A stretch of 64,000 nt of DNA. Source: a virus. The stretch's first letter is position 1. Each line of letters opens with the position of its first letter. The notes beneath the pieces were generated by a model. The model did not search any database, was not told where the DNA came from, and saw only the letters and a list, made by a program, of their open reading frames with translations. The stretch spans positions 1 to 64,000 of the IMG/VR virus record IMGVR_UViG_3300017774_004344. One strand, given 5' to 3'. Of this stretch, positions 28,098-36,673 are shown one piece after another. The position numbers and the translations under genes were made by a program.

Positions 28098-28432
28098 CTC
28101 TCTACCTCTTTAATGGTGTAAGTGGGGCACCCAAGGTGCTTACAAAAAGTTGATGCAATCTCAGACGAGGGCCTTCCTCCACAGGTAAACACATCGATTG
28201 CGGCTTCACCTTTTTCAGGCCACGTGTGAATTGAAAGATGACTTTCTGCGAGCAATATAATACCAGTCAAACCTTGAGGGTCAAACTGGTGAAGGATAGG
28301 GTCGCTAAGAGCAACCAACCCATGCTCTAGAACCGTAAGTTCGAATGCTTCCCGAAGTCGGTTGATGCAATTCAACTTATCAAAATCAGAATTGAAAACG
28401 CGAACTAGCGCGTGAGTACCAAGACTTTCCAA
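28094..28432 (-). CDS. speD: S-adenosylmethionine decarboxylase proenzyme
   Basis: HQFDPQGLTGIILLAESHLSIHTWPE...DVFTCG. Confidence 0.93.
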   Translation of the reverse strand: MESLGTHALVRVFNSDFDKLNCINRLREAFELTVLEHGLVALSDPILHQFDPQGLTGIILLAESHLSIHTWPEKGEAAIDVFTCGGRPSSEIASTFCKHLGCPTYTIKEVER

Positions 28433-28448
28433 TGCATACAGACCTCGA

Positions 28449-28796
28449 TTATTCAGAAGAAGATTGTTCTAAAATTTGTTTTACCCCGTCTCTCAACTCC
28501 TTCAAGGTGAGAGCACCTTGCAAGAAACCAAGGTATTTTCCAGTTTTCCCTAGAAACAGGTAAGTCGGAAAGTTAATCTCATACGTTCGAGAAACTGCGT
28601 ACCGTTCAAGACACTGATAGATTCTCATTTTCGTTAGATCCCCCTCGTGGTCTCTTAGATTGTCGAAAGAAATTTCCTGGTAAGAAATCTCTGGGGAACC
28701 CTCGAACACGGACTTGTCAAACCGCGACATTGTGTCGCAGACCGAACAGCCGTGGTCGAAGACTTTGGTTACAATGACTTTGTTATCTTGTTTCAT
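28449..28796 (-). CDS. thioredoxin-fold protein
   Basis: CSVC motif and NFPTYLF. Confidence 0.6.
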   Translation of the reverse strand: MKQDNKVIVTKVFDHGCSVCDTMSRFDKSVFEGSPEISYQEISFDNLRDHEGDLTKMRIYQCLERYAVSRTYEINFPTYLFLGKTGKYLGFLQGALTLKELRDGVKQILEQSSSE

Positions 28797-28803
28797 ATGT
28801 CCC

Positions 28804-29421
28804 TCAAATAAAGTCTTGTAGTTCGGGAACTGCCTCTCTCACTTTCTTAGTGAAACGCGCAATGTGTCCGTTGGTAGCTTGCTTAGTAAGACCGTACTTT
28901 AGGGCCACCTCGCCTTGTCGCATGGGTTTTCTTCCAAGCAGTCCGAAGCGGTCGCAGACAATTAGAGCCCGCTTACTGTCCAGAGACCCGCAACCCTTCC
29001 TTACAAGTTCGGCAATGTCAATGTTAGAAAATTCTTCTTTCAGCTCGTAAGCATTCGGATCCTCGAGGTTGTGTGACCAGTCGGATTGCTCCAGAGATAG
29101 AGCATACTTCGGGTTCTTCTTCTCTTTTCGAGCTGCCCCTTGGACTGCGCCACGAACATTAGGATAAATCCAAGTCATTGGACGAATTGGTCTATCTTTG
29201 ACTCTGAAGTCTAAGTCGAAAGTTTCGATTGCCTTAAGAACCCCGTCCACAAGACCTACCTGTACGAGGTCATTATACATGTGGTCGGGCACCATAAATT
29301 TGTACTTATGGGCGAACTTGTGAACAAGGGGTGTGAACTTTCTCAGAGTCTCTGTTACAGCGCGAGAATCGCCCCGCACAGCGTTGTAAAAGGTTTCATC
29401 GGTGTACATGGTGTTTGTCAA
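28804..29421 (-). CDS. second sigma70-family sigma factor
   Basis: PLVHKFAHKY...DLVQVG...KAIETFD; region 4 RFGLLGRKPMRQGEVALKYGLTKQ. Confidence 0.8.
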   Translation of the reverse strand: MTNTMYTDETFYNAVRGDSRAVTETLRKFTPLVHKFAHKYKFMVPDHMYNDLVQVGLVDGVLKAIETFDLDFRVKDRPIRPMTWIYPNVRGAVQGAARKEKKNPKYALSLEQSDWSHNLEDPNAYELKEEFSNIDIAELVRKGCGSLDSKRALIVCDRFGLLGRKPMRQGEVALKYGLTKQATNGHIARFTKKVREAVPELQDFI

Positions 29422-29431
29422 CTCCTATAAG

Positions 29432-29459
29432 TATACTGTCTCTAAGGGCGAAAGACAAT
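29432..29459 (-). promoter_or_regulatory. sigma70-type promoter for the sigma gene
   Basis: TTGTCT-N17-TATACT followed by AGGAG. Confidence 0.55.
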
Positions 29460-29500
29460 GCCGGTTTACCGGCTATACAGGGCGGTTTACCGCCCATCCC

Positions 29501-29767
29501 CTACTTTTCTAAATTTTGATATTCTTCCAGTAGAGCCATGGAAGGTAATCTTTCGTTGTTTTGGCGCATGACCCATAAACAAGCTGCTTTCTGAGTCATC
29601 CACGCGGAGAGTAACTGCTTAGCGAGTGCTTTCAACTCAGAAGCATTATCGCAGGAGTCAATAGCTCTTTGCATTTTTTCTAACTCGAAAGTTTGAGTCA
29701 GAGTCAAAGCAATTGCGTCCGGCTGGTTGGACTCAGTTGGGATGTCGGGATTCATCGGTTTCGTCAA
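29501..29767 (-). CDS. NblA-like phycobilisome degradation protein
   Basis: LTLTQTFELEKMQRAID...LKALAKQLLSAW..QKAA resembles the NblA helix-loop-helix. Confidence 0.55.
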   Translation of the reverse strand: MTKPMNPDIPTESNQPDAIALTLTQTFELEKMQRAIDSCDNASELKALAKQLLSAWMTQKAACLWVMRQNNERLPSMALLEEYQNLEK

Positions 29768-30254
29768 AGTAATAAACAGGAACTCCTACTTCTAGTAAAA
29801 GATCACTGGAGGTTCTGAAATTGTCCGACCACTTCGAGCCTTGTAAGGCAGGAGGTGGGCAAATAATCTTTTCAACTCCTGCTTGTATGAGCATACTTGC
29901 GCATAGTGAACAAGGGTGAAAAGTTACGTAAGCGGTAGTTCCTTCTAGTGTGACCCCCTTTCGAGTCGCATCTATTATCGCGTTTGCTTCTGCGTGGATA
30001 ATGACTTTACCCTTATAATCCGGATCTGTTAAGCGTTTCAGGTCGTCAGACAACCCTTCAGGAAACCCGTTAAACCCTTTGCAAACTTCTCTCTTCCCTC
30101 TTACCAAGACACATCCAACTTTTCTTTTCGGGTCTTTGCTCCAAGAGGAAACTTCTCTGGCTCGGCGAAGGAACCTAAAGTCCCATTCGGAGAGAAAGGG
30201 TGTGCCCCTTAAGGAGCAATCAGCGATTGTCACCGCTTCCCTGTAAAACGCCAC
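29733..30254 (-). CDS. dCMP deaminase
   Basis: WSKDP..KVGC, HAEANAI, PCSLC. Confidence 0.9.
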   Translation of the reverse strand: MAFYREAVTIADCSLRGTPFLSEWDFRFLRRAREVSSWSKDPKRKVGCVLVRGKREVCKGFNGFPEGLSDDLKRLTDPDYKGKVIIHAEANAIIDATRKGVTLEGTTAYVTFHPCSLCASMLIQAGVEKIICPPPALQGSKWSDNFRTSSDLLLEVGVPVYYFDETDESRHPN

Positions 30255-30546
30255 GTTCAGACCTGGAGGATAGTTTCTCTAAGTTCAGTTGAGCAATGTC
30301 CTCTAAGGAATAATCAATTTCGGCGGCAAGTTGGGAAATATACCACATAACGTCTCCGACTTCTTTTGCAATCTGTTCTCTCTTTACATCGGTGATAACT
30401 CCTTGGTCGTCGCGGAGGATTTTCTTAACTTTCTCTGCTACCTCTCCCGCTTCCCCGCATAAGCCAAGAGCACAATACTCAAGTGCCTTGTCAAAGGGGT
30501 AAACAGCGGTGGCGCGTGTTCGTTGTTGGTAAGTGTTTAGATCCAT
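30220..30546 (-). CDS. mazG: MazG-like NTP pyrophosphohydrolase
   Basis: LGLCGEAGEVAEKVKK...KEVGDVMWY...GSGDNR. Confidence 0.88.
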   Translation of the reverse strand: MDLNTYQQRTRATAVYPFDKALEYCALGLCGEAGEVAEKVKKILRDDQGVITDVKREQIAKEVGDVMWYISQLAAEIDYSLEDIAQLNLEKLSSRSERGVLQGSGDNR

Positions 30547-30596
30547 TTTTTTGGTTGAAATTCGAATACAGTTTAGCGGTTTTATGGGTCGTATAC

Positions 30597-31097
30597 TCAG
30601 AAGCTGAATTCAACTTCTTCAACTTCCCCCTCTTCAACCATCGCCTCATAGGACTTTTTGACGAGGCCCAAGTTGAAACGAATAGTTGTTGGAATTTTCC
30701 CAGCGAATTTTGAAACCCCTCTAAGCATATCTTGGGCTGCAAGGACATCATAGTCAAACGTTTCCACGTTCCTTTCGGGGAAGAAAATGTTTAAGCTCAG
30801 GTCACTGCCTTCGGGAATGAACTGTAGAGTCGCTTGGTTTAAAACGATTGATCTTTGAGTGTCAGTAGTTTGAGACCGTAAAGACACTAGGAGAGTCAAC
30901 CATTCCAAGTTGTTATAGTGGTTACCAAGAGGAGAGAACAGGTCAAAACTGGCAGGAAAAACTCGGTACCCGTAGTCAGCTTCAGCTTCAGCAACTACCG
31001 TAACGTGGGTTAAATAAACTTCTTGGTGACCGGACTTCCCTCTTTTTACAAGGCTTTCATTCAGGTAGCTGTGCGGATCTTTGTAAGTTTGTGCCAT
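30597..31097 (-). CDS. hypothetical protein
   Basis: 166 aa with an acidic C-terminus ending EVEFSF. Confidence 0.6.
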   Translation of the reverse strand: MAQTYKDPHSYLNESLVKRGKSGHQEVYLTHVTVVAEAEADYGYRVFPASFDLFSPLGNHYNNLEWLTLLVSLRSQTTDTQRSIVLNQATLQFIPEGSDLSLNIFFPERNVETFDYDVLAAQDMLRGVSKFAGKIPTTIRFNLGLVKKSYEAMVEEGEVEEVEFSF

Positions 31098-31512
31098 TTG
31101 GTTCAGGATGTTCGTAAACTACATAGCCACCGTTCGTGACATTTCGGAAGGGATCGTTGGGAAGCACTTCCGTTGTATTATTGCGGATGCGGTTCTTTCG
31201 TAAACCCTCTTCGTCTCCGAACTGAGGGTGCTTGCTAAGGAGGTCCCAAACGTGCCTCTTAGACTCAATGCTGAAAGCGCCAAAGTATCGGTCAACGGCG
31301 TTATTTTCCGATCCGGAAGTTGTTCTCAGAGGGTTAGCCTCAGCGAAGGTTTTTTCTTTCGGCTGAGATAAGTCTTCACGAGACTTTATTTTGCGCTGCA
31401 GAGAGCGCTTCAAGCTGAAAGAACCCGACCCGTTACCGTACCCACCCTGAGAGTTGATAGGGGTGGGCAGGTCAGGCTGTGAATCTTCCGGATTTTGGAA
31501 AAGTCCGTTCAT
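31057..31512 (-). CDS. hypothetical protein
   Basis: ORF within the operon. Confidence 0.55.
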   Translation of the reverse strand: MNGLFQNPEDSQPDLPTPINSQGGYGNGSGSFSLKRSLQRKIKSREDLSQPKEKTFAEANPLRTTSGSENNAVDRYFGAFSIESKRHVWDLLSKHPQFGDEEGLRKNRIRNNTTEVLPNDPFRNVTNGGYVVYEHPEPNGTNLQRSAQLPE

Positions 31513-31892
31513 CAGTTGAGTGGTAAACGTAGCGAAGGTACGAAAGAATTCTCGCTAACTTTGCGAACTCCGATAATGTACTTCGTTGCAAAGTATTGTC
31601 CGGGTTCCGGGATCAAGTAGCCGAATTTTACAATTTGCCACAAAGAAACTAAGTGGAAAGCGTAATCGATGTGCTCGGTTCCTTCCACGAAAGTTTTCAC
31701 AAGAAGTCGAGGAGTGTATAACTCACAGAAACAATTCAGTTCTTGAACTGTTCCAATCATGTCGTATAACCCAGCGGGATCGTCTGCCAGAGTAAACCCT
31801 TCGGATTTAAGTTGTTCCTTGAGTCGCAGTTGTTTTTGACATTCGTAAGTAAATGAATCCACGAGAGTTTGTTCTGGGGTTTGTATGTTCAT
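31512..31892 (-). CDS. hypothetical protein
   Basis: ORF coupled to both neighbours. Confidence 0.55.
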   Translation of the reverse strand: MNIQTPEQTLVDSFTYECQKQLRLKEQLKSEGFTLADDPAGLYDMIGTVQELNCFCELYTPRLLVKTFVEGTEHIDYAFHLVSLWQIVKFGYLIPEPGQYFATKYIIGVRKVSENSFVPSLRLPLN

Positions 31893-33913
31893 ACTTTTAC
31901 CCCCTTGCTTTCATAGAGTTTTTTACGAGCGGATTCTCGGAACTTCTCTGCACGGTCAGGAGAATAGTGCTTATCGAGAAGCCAATCATCAAAACATACC
32001 GCTTTCGGGTCGAGCAGTCTTTCCTTGTCGATCTCTTCCATAAATCCCACCAACTTTCTGCCCTCAACCACAAGCTCCTCTTGAGCGTGGCGGCAGTTGT
32101 TCCAATTCTCGATGACGTAGTTCGCTTCGCCCCCAATCTTGAAACCGTCTCTCATCACCAATTTCTCCATGATTTCTCGGATGAGTGTAAGAGCGGTTTT
32201 ATCTTTGGTTTCTTTTCGAAGCCCGGTGGTATCGTCGAACAGGCTTTCCTTAGCAAGAGAAATTGCCTTTTTAACAGACTCCCATCTCAACTCTCGGAAA
32301 CCTTGATAGTAGTGGGTTGAAGTTCTTCCTGCAAGCTCCCACTCCCTCTTCATTCGAGCTGTCAGGTGTTGGCAAGAGGGGTCTACTCCTACGAAGTAAA
32401 GAGATTGTAGATAATCATAAAGAACGTCCGGTGTCATTTCAGGCATGAAATCCCACTCTGATTGCGTCCTCACAGAGTGAGCGAACGCCATCGCGTTCAC
32501 GAGAGCCTGAGTAACGTCTGCCTTGAAGCGAATCCGTTGACGTGTAGTCCAGTAGCGAACTTCCACCTGAAGTCTGTTTATGCTTGGGTCTGAGGTATCT
32601 TGGATAACTTCCCAGAAGCGATCCGTTGCTAGACGAAGGCACCACAAATATAGAGCGTCTTTGCTAACGCCAAGTTTATTAGCCAAGTAAGGAATGTGAG
32701 CACGGGGTCTTAGGTCAGGGGTGCCCTCACAAACTGTTCCTTCTAAGTTTTCCCTATTTTTAGCAACTTCATATTCTCTGTAAGTACTAATTAGCTTGAT
32801 CCTATCAATGATTCCGGGATCCAAATCATAGGCGAATTTGCTATTCCAGTCATTGGCATTTAGAAGAAGTACAGTTTTTGGCCAAACTTCCTCTGAGTTT
32901 CGAAACTTGTCCTCAACTGTGAAGATACCCCCGGTGATCAGGATCTTTGTTTCTTCTGCGGCCAAGAATTTTTTCAAGGAAGGGAGTGCCGTATCATCTT
33001 TGTAAGCGATGTCGCTCAACGCGACTTTCTTTAAACCGAACCGGTCTTCTGTTGACTTGAAAGAATGGGTGATGAAACCGCACTTAGAGAAAGCAGCAGT
33101 CATGCCATTGAAGATGGTGCTCTTCCCTAATCCTGGATCTTTACCCACGATCACCCCCGCCATACGAGCAGTGTGATCTACTTTGTCTTTTCTACCTGGC
33201 GGAAGATGATCTGTTCTACCAACCCCTATGCGGCCCATGATAAGCTTAAGCATCTCACACTCGGCTTCAGGGAAGATAGTAAATACGTCTCTAATTGATA
33301 CTTTATGCAAAGCGGGGTCAAACCATTCTCTATCTGGCACCCACACACGAGGGTTCATTACTGGCTCCCCACCGAACCTACCCGCAGGATCAAAAGTATG
33401 ACCGTAATCTAAAGTTTCACTAAGGTTTTTACTCTGGTTAACTTTTCTCATCTTCAATAACCTTTCGCTGAAAGAAAGAAGAGGTGAATCTCCCGCCTTA
33501 GGGCTGTATAAAGGTTCCCAGAATGTTCTCACTTCGTCTGGACACAAGTCAGGATGAAAGCATGTTTCTACACGCTCAAAGTCATCATAGACAGAGATGT
33601 CTTGTAAGGGGTTAAAGTCTGCAGGATAACGAATGCCTCGAACCATCTGCGGGGGTGAGGGCTTCAATATTCTGTGTAAACAATGGTCACCATTTTCGTC
33701 AATTTCTACGGTAAAACCTTTCGCCTTCAAAAGGGTAATACCCGCATTGTAAAGTTCTGATACTCTCGTTGGCGCTTTTTTCTTCTTTTCTTGTTTTTCC
33801 TCTCCGTCTTTCTTCGAGCGGAAGGAAGTTGCTTTGTTTCTTTCTCGGGCTTCGTTCAGGATACCAATTTCCTGTTTCGTACTTCCGAGTCCCCCAGAAA
33901 AGGGATCTGCCAT
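31889..33913 (-). CDS. P-loop ATPase, SF3/D5-like helicase
   Basis: Walker A GKDPGLGKST; AYKDD; KILITGGIFTVEDKF; LLLNAN. Confidence 0.7.
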   Translation of the reverse strand: MADPFSGGLGSTKQEIGILNEARERNKATSFRSKKDGEEKQEKKKKAPTRVSELYNAGITLLKAKGFTVEIDENGDHCLHRILKPSPPQMVRGIRYPADFNPLQDISVYDDFERVETCFHPDLCPDEVRTFWEPLYSPKAGDSPLLSFSERLLKMRKVNQSKNLSETLDYGHTFDPAGRFGGEPVMNPRVWVPDREWFDPALHKVSIRDVFTIFPEAECEMLKLIMGRIGVGRTDHLPPGRKDKVDHTARMAGVIVGKDPGLGKSTIFNGMTAAFSKCGFITHSFKSTEDRFGLKKVALSDIAYKDDTALPSLKKFLAAEETKILITGGIFTVEDKFRNSEEVWPKTVLLLNANDWNSKFAYDLDPGIIDRIKLISTYREYEVAKNRENLEGTVCEGTPDLRPRAHIPYLANKLGVSKDALYLWCLRLATDRFWEVIQDTSDPSINRLQVEVRYWTTRQRIRFKADVTQALVNAMAFAHSVRTQSEWDFMPEMTPDVLYDYLQSLYFVGVDPSCQHLTARMKREWELAGRTSTHYYQGFRELRWESVKKAISLAKESLFDDTTGLRKETKDKTALTLIREIMEKLVMRDGFKIGGEANYVIENWNNCRHAQEELVVEGRKLVGFMEEIDKERLLDPKAVCFDDWLLDKHYSPDRAEKFRESARKKLYESKGVKV

Positions 33914-33952
33914 ATAGCCTCTTGTTGTTTAGGGTTTGACGGTGTAGTATAG

Positions 33953-33982
33953 CAAAAGACCCCAGCGGTAAGCCAGGGTCTT
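33953..33982 (-). terminator. rho-independent terminator
   Basis: GACCCTGGC-TTACC-GCTGGGGTC-TTTT, followed immediately by TGCTATACT (extended -10). Confidence 0.65.
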
Positions 33983-34014
33983 ATAAATCTAAGAGTTCAC
34001 CTTAGAGGGACTTA

Positions 34015-35040
34015 TCAAAAGTCCAGGTCGAAGCTCTCGGGATTTTGAACAAAGTTCGGGCACTTCAAGGTAACCTTGGCGGCAGGGTTGCCGTTGTACT
34101 CATAGTGCTCGATAACTTTAAGTGTTGCCGGAGCATCAGAAGTGATCAGGGGTTCGGCAGCTAGAATTTTCTTCATTGCTCCGTTCGGTTTTACGATAAC
34201 CCAATCAGAGATTTCGGTGTCTTGGTCAACCCACTCCCCATCGACTTGAGTGCGAATTGGAGCCACGAAAGGCTCAGACACTTTCGCTTGGAGGAAGTAG
34301 TCTGTTCCATAAGCTCCACCTTCCTTAACCCTGTAAGAGGTGATTGTGTACTCACCGAGGGGCAAATACGCGACCTTAAGGAAGGGACCGATAAGGCGCT
34401 CTCCACCGGAGCTTTCACCACGCTTCGAGATGTCTGGTGCGGCGTAAACCTTTTCAGCAATTGCTTCAGGGTTTTCGTCGAGCAGAAGCTCAAGAAGATC
34501 TGCGGGTAGTTCTTCCTTGATTTCCTTCTTACGAATTGTAATGGGCAGGGTGTAGAGAGTTCCATCTCCCTGTGCTGAGACAGAAAGAACGGGCTCGGTG
34601 TACTTACCGATCTGCTCATCTTTGAACGCGAACTTGGTGCCCTTCGGTGCATTCGCTACGCCGATTTTACCGGGAGCTACAAGGAGGGGGATGTCGCGGT
34701 CGCCCCAACGAATCACCAAACCGCCTTCTTCAGTTGAGAAGATTGTAGGAGAGTACAAACGTTGGAAAGTTCCGTTGGCGTCGGCCTTCACAGTGAAGGT
34801 AGACCCTTCGAGGTCAAAGTCTTCGCCGGTTAGGGCCTTGAAGACTGTGGACAAACCGTTACGGTAAGTCTCAGGGAGTGCTCTATTCGGGATATCCGTG
34901 TATGCCCTTGTGTAGCTCTTCGACTCAAGCCGAGCGCGGTTCTTATCGTCAAGTTGGGGCAGGATTTTGAATGTAGTTACAGCCATTTTGTTACTGGTTA
35001 AGAACGCGATAACCTGAGCCTTATTGCTCAGCACGTTCAA
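34015..35040 (-). CDS. hypothetical protein, possibly ssDNA-binding or replication factor
   Basis: Beta-rich; C-terminus ESFDLDF; upstream TTTACC-N16-TATACT. Confidence 0.5.
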   Translation of the reverse strand: MNVLSNKAQVIAFLTSNKMAVTTFKILPQLDDKNRARLESKSYTRAYTDIPNRALPETYRNGLSTVFKALTGEDFDLEGSTFTVKADANGTFQRLYSPTIFSTEEGGLVIRWGDRDIPLLVAPGKIGVANAPKGTKFAFKDEQIGKYTEPVLSVSAQGDGTLYTLPITIRKKEIKEELPADLLELLLDENPEAIAEKVYAAPDISKRGESSGGERLIGPFLKVAYLPLGEYTITSYRVKEGGAYGTDYFLQAKVSEPFVAPIRTQVDGEWVDQDTEISDWVIVKPNGAMKKILAAEPLITSDAPATLKVIEHYEYNGNPAAKVTLKCPNFVQNPESFDLDF

Positions 35041-35073
35041 AACAAGTATAGGCTTTCCCTGAGACGGGTAAAC

Positions 35074-36672
35074 CTATCGACCCTCAAGACGAAGCCTGTT
35101 TAGATCTCGCACTTTGTCAATAGATAGGTTTATAACGCCACTTCCATTTATGGCTCTTATATTCAAGTACTTGGTTAAGTAATCATAGAGGGCCTTGTCT
35201 GTTATCAGAGTTTGAGAAGTTCCGAAAGGTTTGGCCAACTGTTGAAAAGAGTCCAAAGTTCCTTTTGGAGTTCCTACTGTAGCTGCCGTTCGGGGGGTTT
35301 CTGACGCCTGGGTAGTTTGAGTTGCTTTGTTGAAACCTAACAACCCCCAAGCATATTCATGCCAGCCTTCAAGAGTTCCAGTGGTTCCAACTAAATTTTT
35401 GGCTTTAGCTTTCCTTAGCCATTCTTCGCCGAGTTTCTTATTCATCAAATTGCCTAGGCCGTATTGTCTGCTAGCTTGTACGGAAATTTCAACACCCCCG
35501 TCAGTCTGCGAGTATTCTATCCCATTTACCAACCAATCTTCCATGTACGTTCCACTGTAATTCGGAATGAAAATTATGTCGCTTGGCTTAATTCCAGTTA
35601 GAGCTGGGCACATGAATAATGTAGTGCTCAACTTAGAGCCTCGTTCTTGTTGGATTTCTATCTTTCTCTTTTCGCCGTCTTGGTTTTCTTTAAGCCTCAC
35701 TCCGGGTCTCGCTCTTGAGTTTGCGGTGTTACCTGCTCCGCTTCTGTTCTGGGATTGGGCTGCAGCTGCAGCTTGTTGACTTTGCGGTGTAGTCGGCGTG
35801 GGTTGTCCCTGTGTTCCAGGGTCTGGCGCCTGCACCTTAGCTTGAGTGCTGTCTAAACTCGTTTGTGTTTTCTGAGGTGGCTGCCATTCTGAAGTTTTCG
35901 TGATCGTGTTAATAATTCCGGGTCCCAAGAAGTATCCGTATCTCACTGACGGATCTGGAAATTGGCTCTGTGCGGGAAGTTCTTCAACTGTTTTGCTATC
36001 CGATAGGTAGGGACCTAACACAACGCAGTTTGCAGACAACTTTTTAACTCCTCCCGGGGAAACAATGTTTGAGGCCATGACTAGACTTCCTGTCTGTTCA
36101 AACAGATTTTTCACACTGTCAAGGTAGTTGGTTCCTTCCGAGTAATTTGAAAGAACTTTCGTTGTTTTTAAGTTTTCTTGAGTCTGGGGTGTTATTTTTA
36201 CGAGATCATACTTATCGACACCGAACGTATAGTTCAACTGCGACAGGTTAGTCAAAGGCGAAGAACCCTGGTCACTGGCTTGTGCTGTGCTCTTTATATT
36301 CGCGTTCACGAGACCGTCAAGTTCAGAGGCAAGTTTCACCTCAAGAGACATCTCTTTTCCGTAGATTTCTGTTTGTCCTGACCACACGAATGAAAAAGTT
36401 ATCGAGCGGCCATTCAAGTAGTAGTATCTGACGGTTATGGTCTTGTTGATAGAAGTTTCCAGTAAATTCTCATAAACTCTGAAAGCTGCTCCTGTTGGGT
36501 TCCAGCGCATGGAACCTGTAGGGGTTTGGCCAGAATCTTGTAAAGAAACCCTCACAGCATAAACCAGAGGTTGATTTGTAAGTTCAGTAGTACTACCATC
36601 GAAGCTGTAGTTCATCAGGTTCACCTCTCCCCAGACAACTTCGCAGCGTGGAATTATTAAGCTATTTGTCAT
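35074..36672 (-). CDS. baseplate hub/tail protein
   Basis: Follows the tape measure gene; PALTGIKPSDII...WLVNGIEY pattern. Confidence 0.55.
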   Translation of the reverse strand: MTNSLIIPRCEVVWGEVNLMNYSFDGSTTELTNQPLVYAVRVSLQDSGQTPTGSMRWNPTGAAFRVYENLLETSINKTITVRYYYLNGRSITFSFVWSGQTEIYGKEMSLEVKLASELDGLVNANIKSTAQASDQGSSPLTNLSQLNYTFGVDKYDLVKITPQTQENLKTTKVLSNYSEGTNYLDSVKNLFEQTGSLVMASNIVSPGGVKKLSANCVVLGPYLSDSKTVEELPAQSQFPDPSVRYGYFLGPGIINTITKTSEWQPPQKTQTSLDSTQAKVQAPDPGTQGQPTPTTPQSQQAAAAAQSQNRSGAGNTANSRARPGVRLKENQDGEKRKIEIQQERGSKLSTTLFMCPALTGIKPSDIIFIPNYSGTYMEDWLVNGIEYSQTDGGVEISVQASRQYGLGNLMNKKLGEEWLRKAKAKNLVGTTGTLEGWHEYAWGLLGFNKATQTTQASETPRTAATVGTPKGTLDSFQQLAKPFGTSQTLITDKALYDYLTKYLNIRAINGSGVINLSIDKVRDLNRLRLEGR

Positions 36673-36673
36673 A

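Noticed and set aside
31895-31902. GGGTAAAA copy at the end of the helicase gene
   Set aside because: It lies in coding sequence (KGVKV) only a few nt from the next start, so it is probably coincidental.
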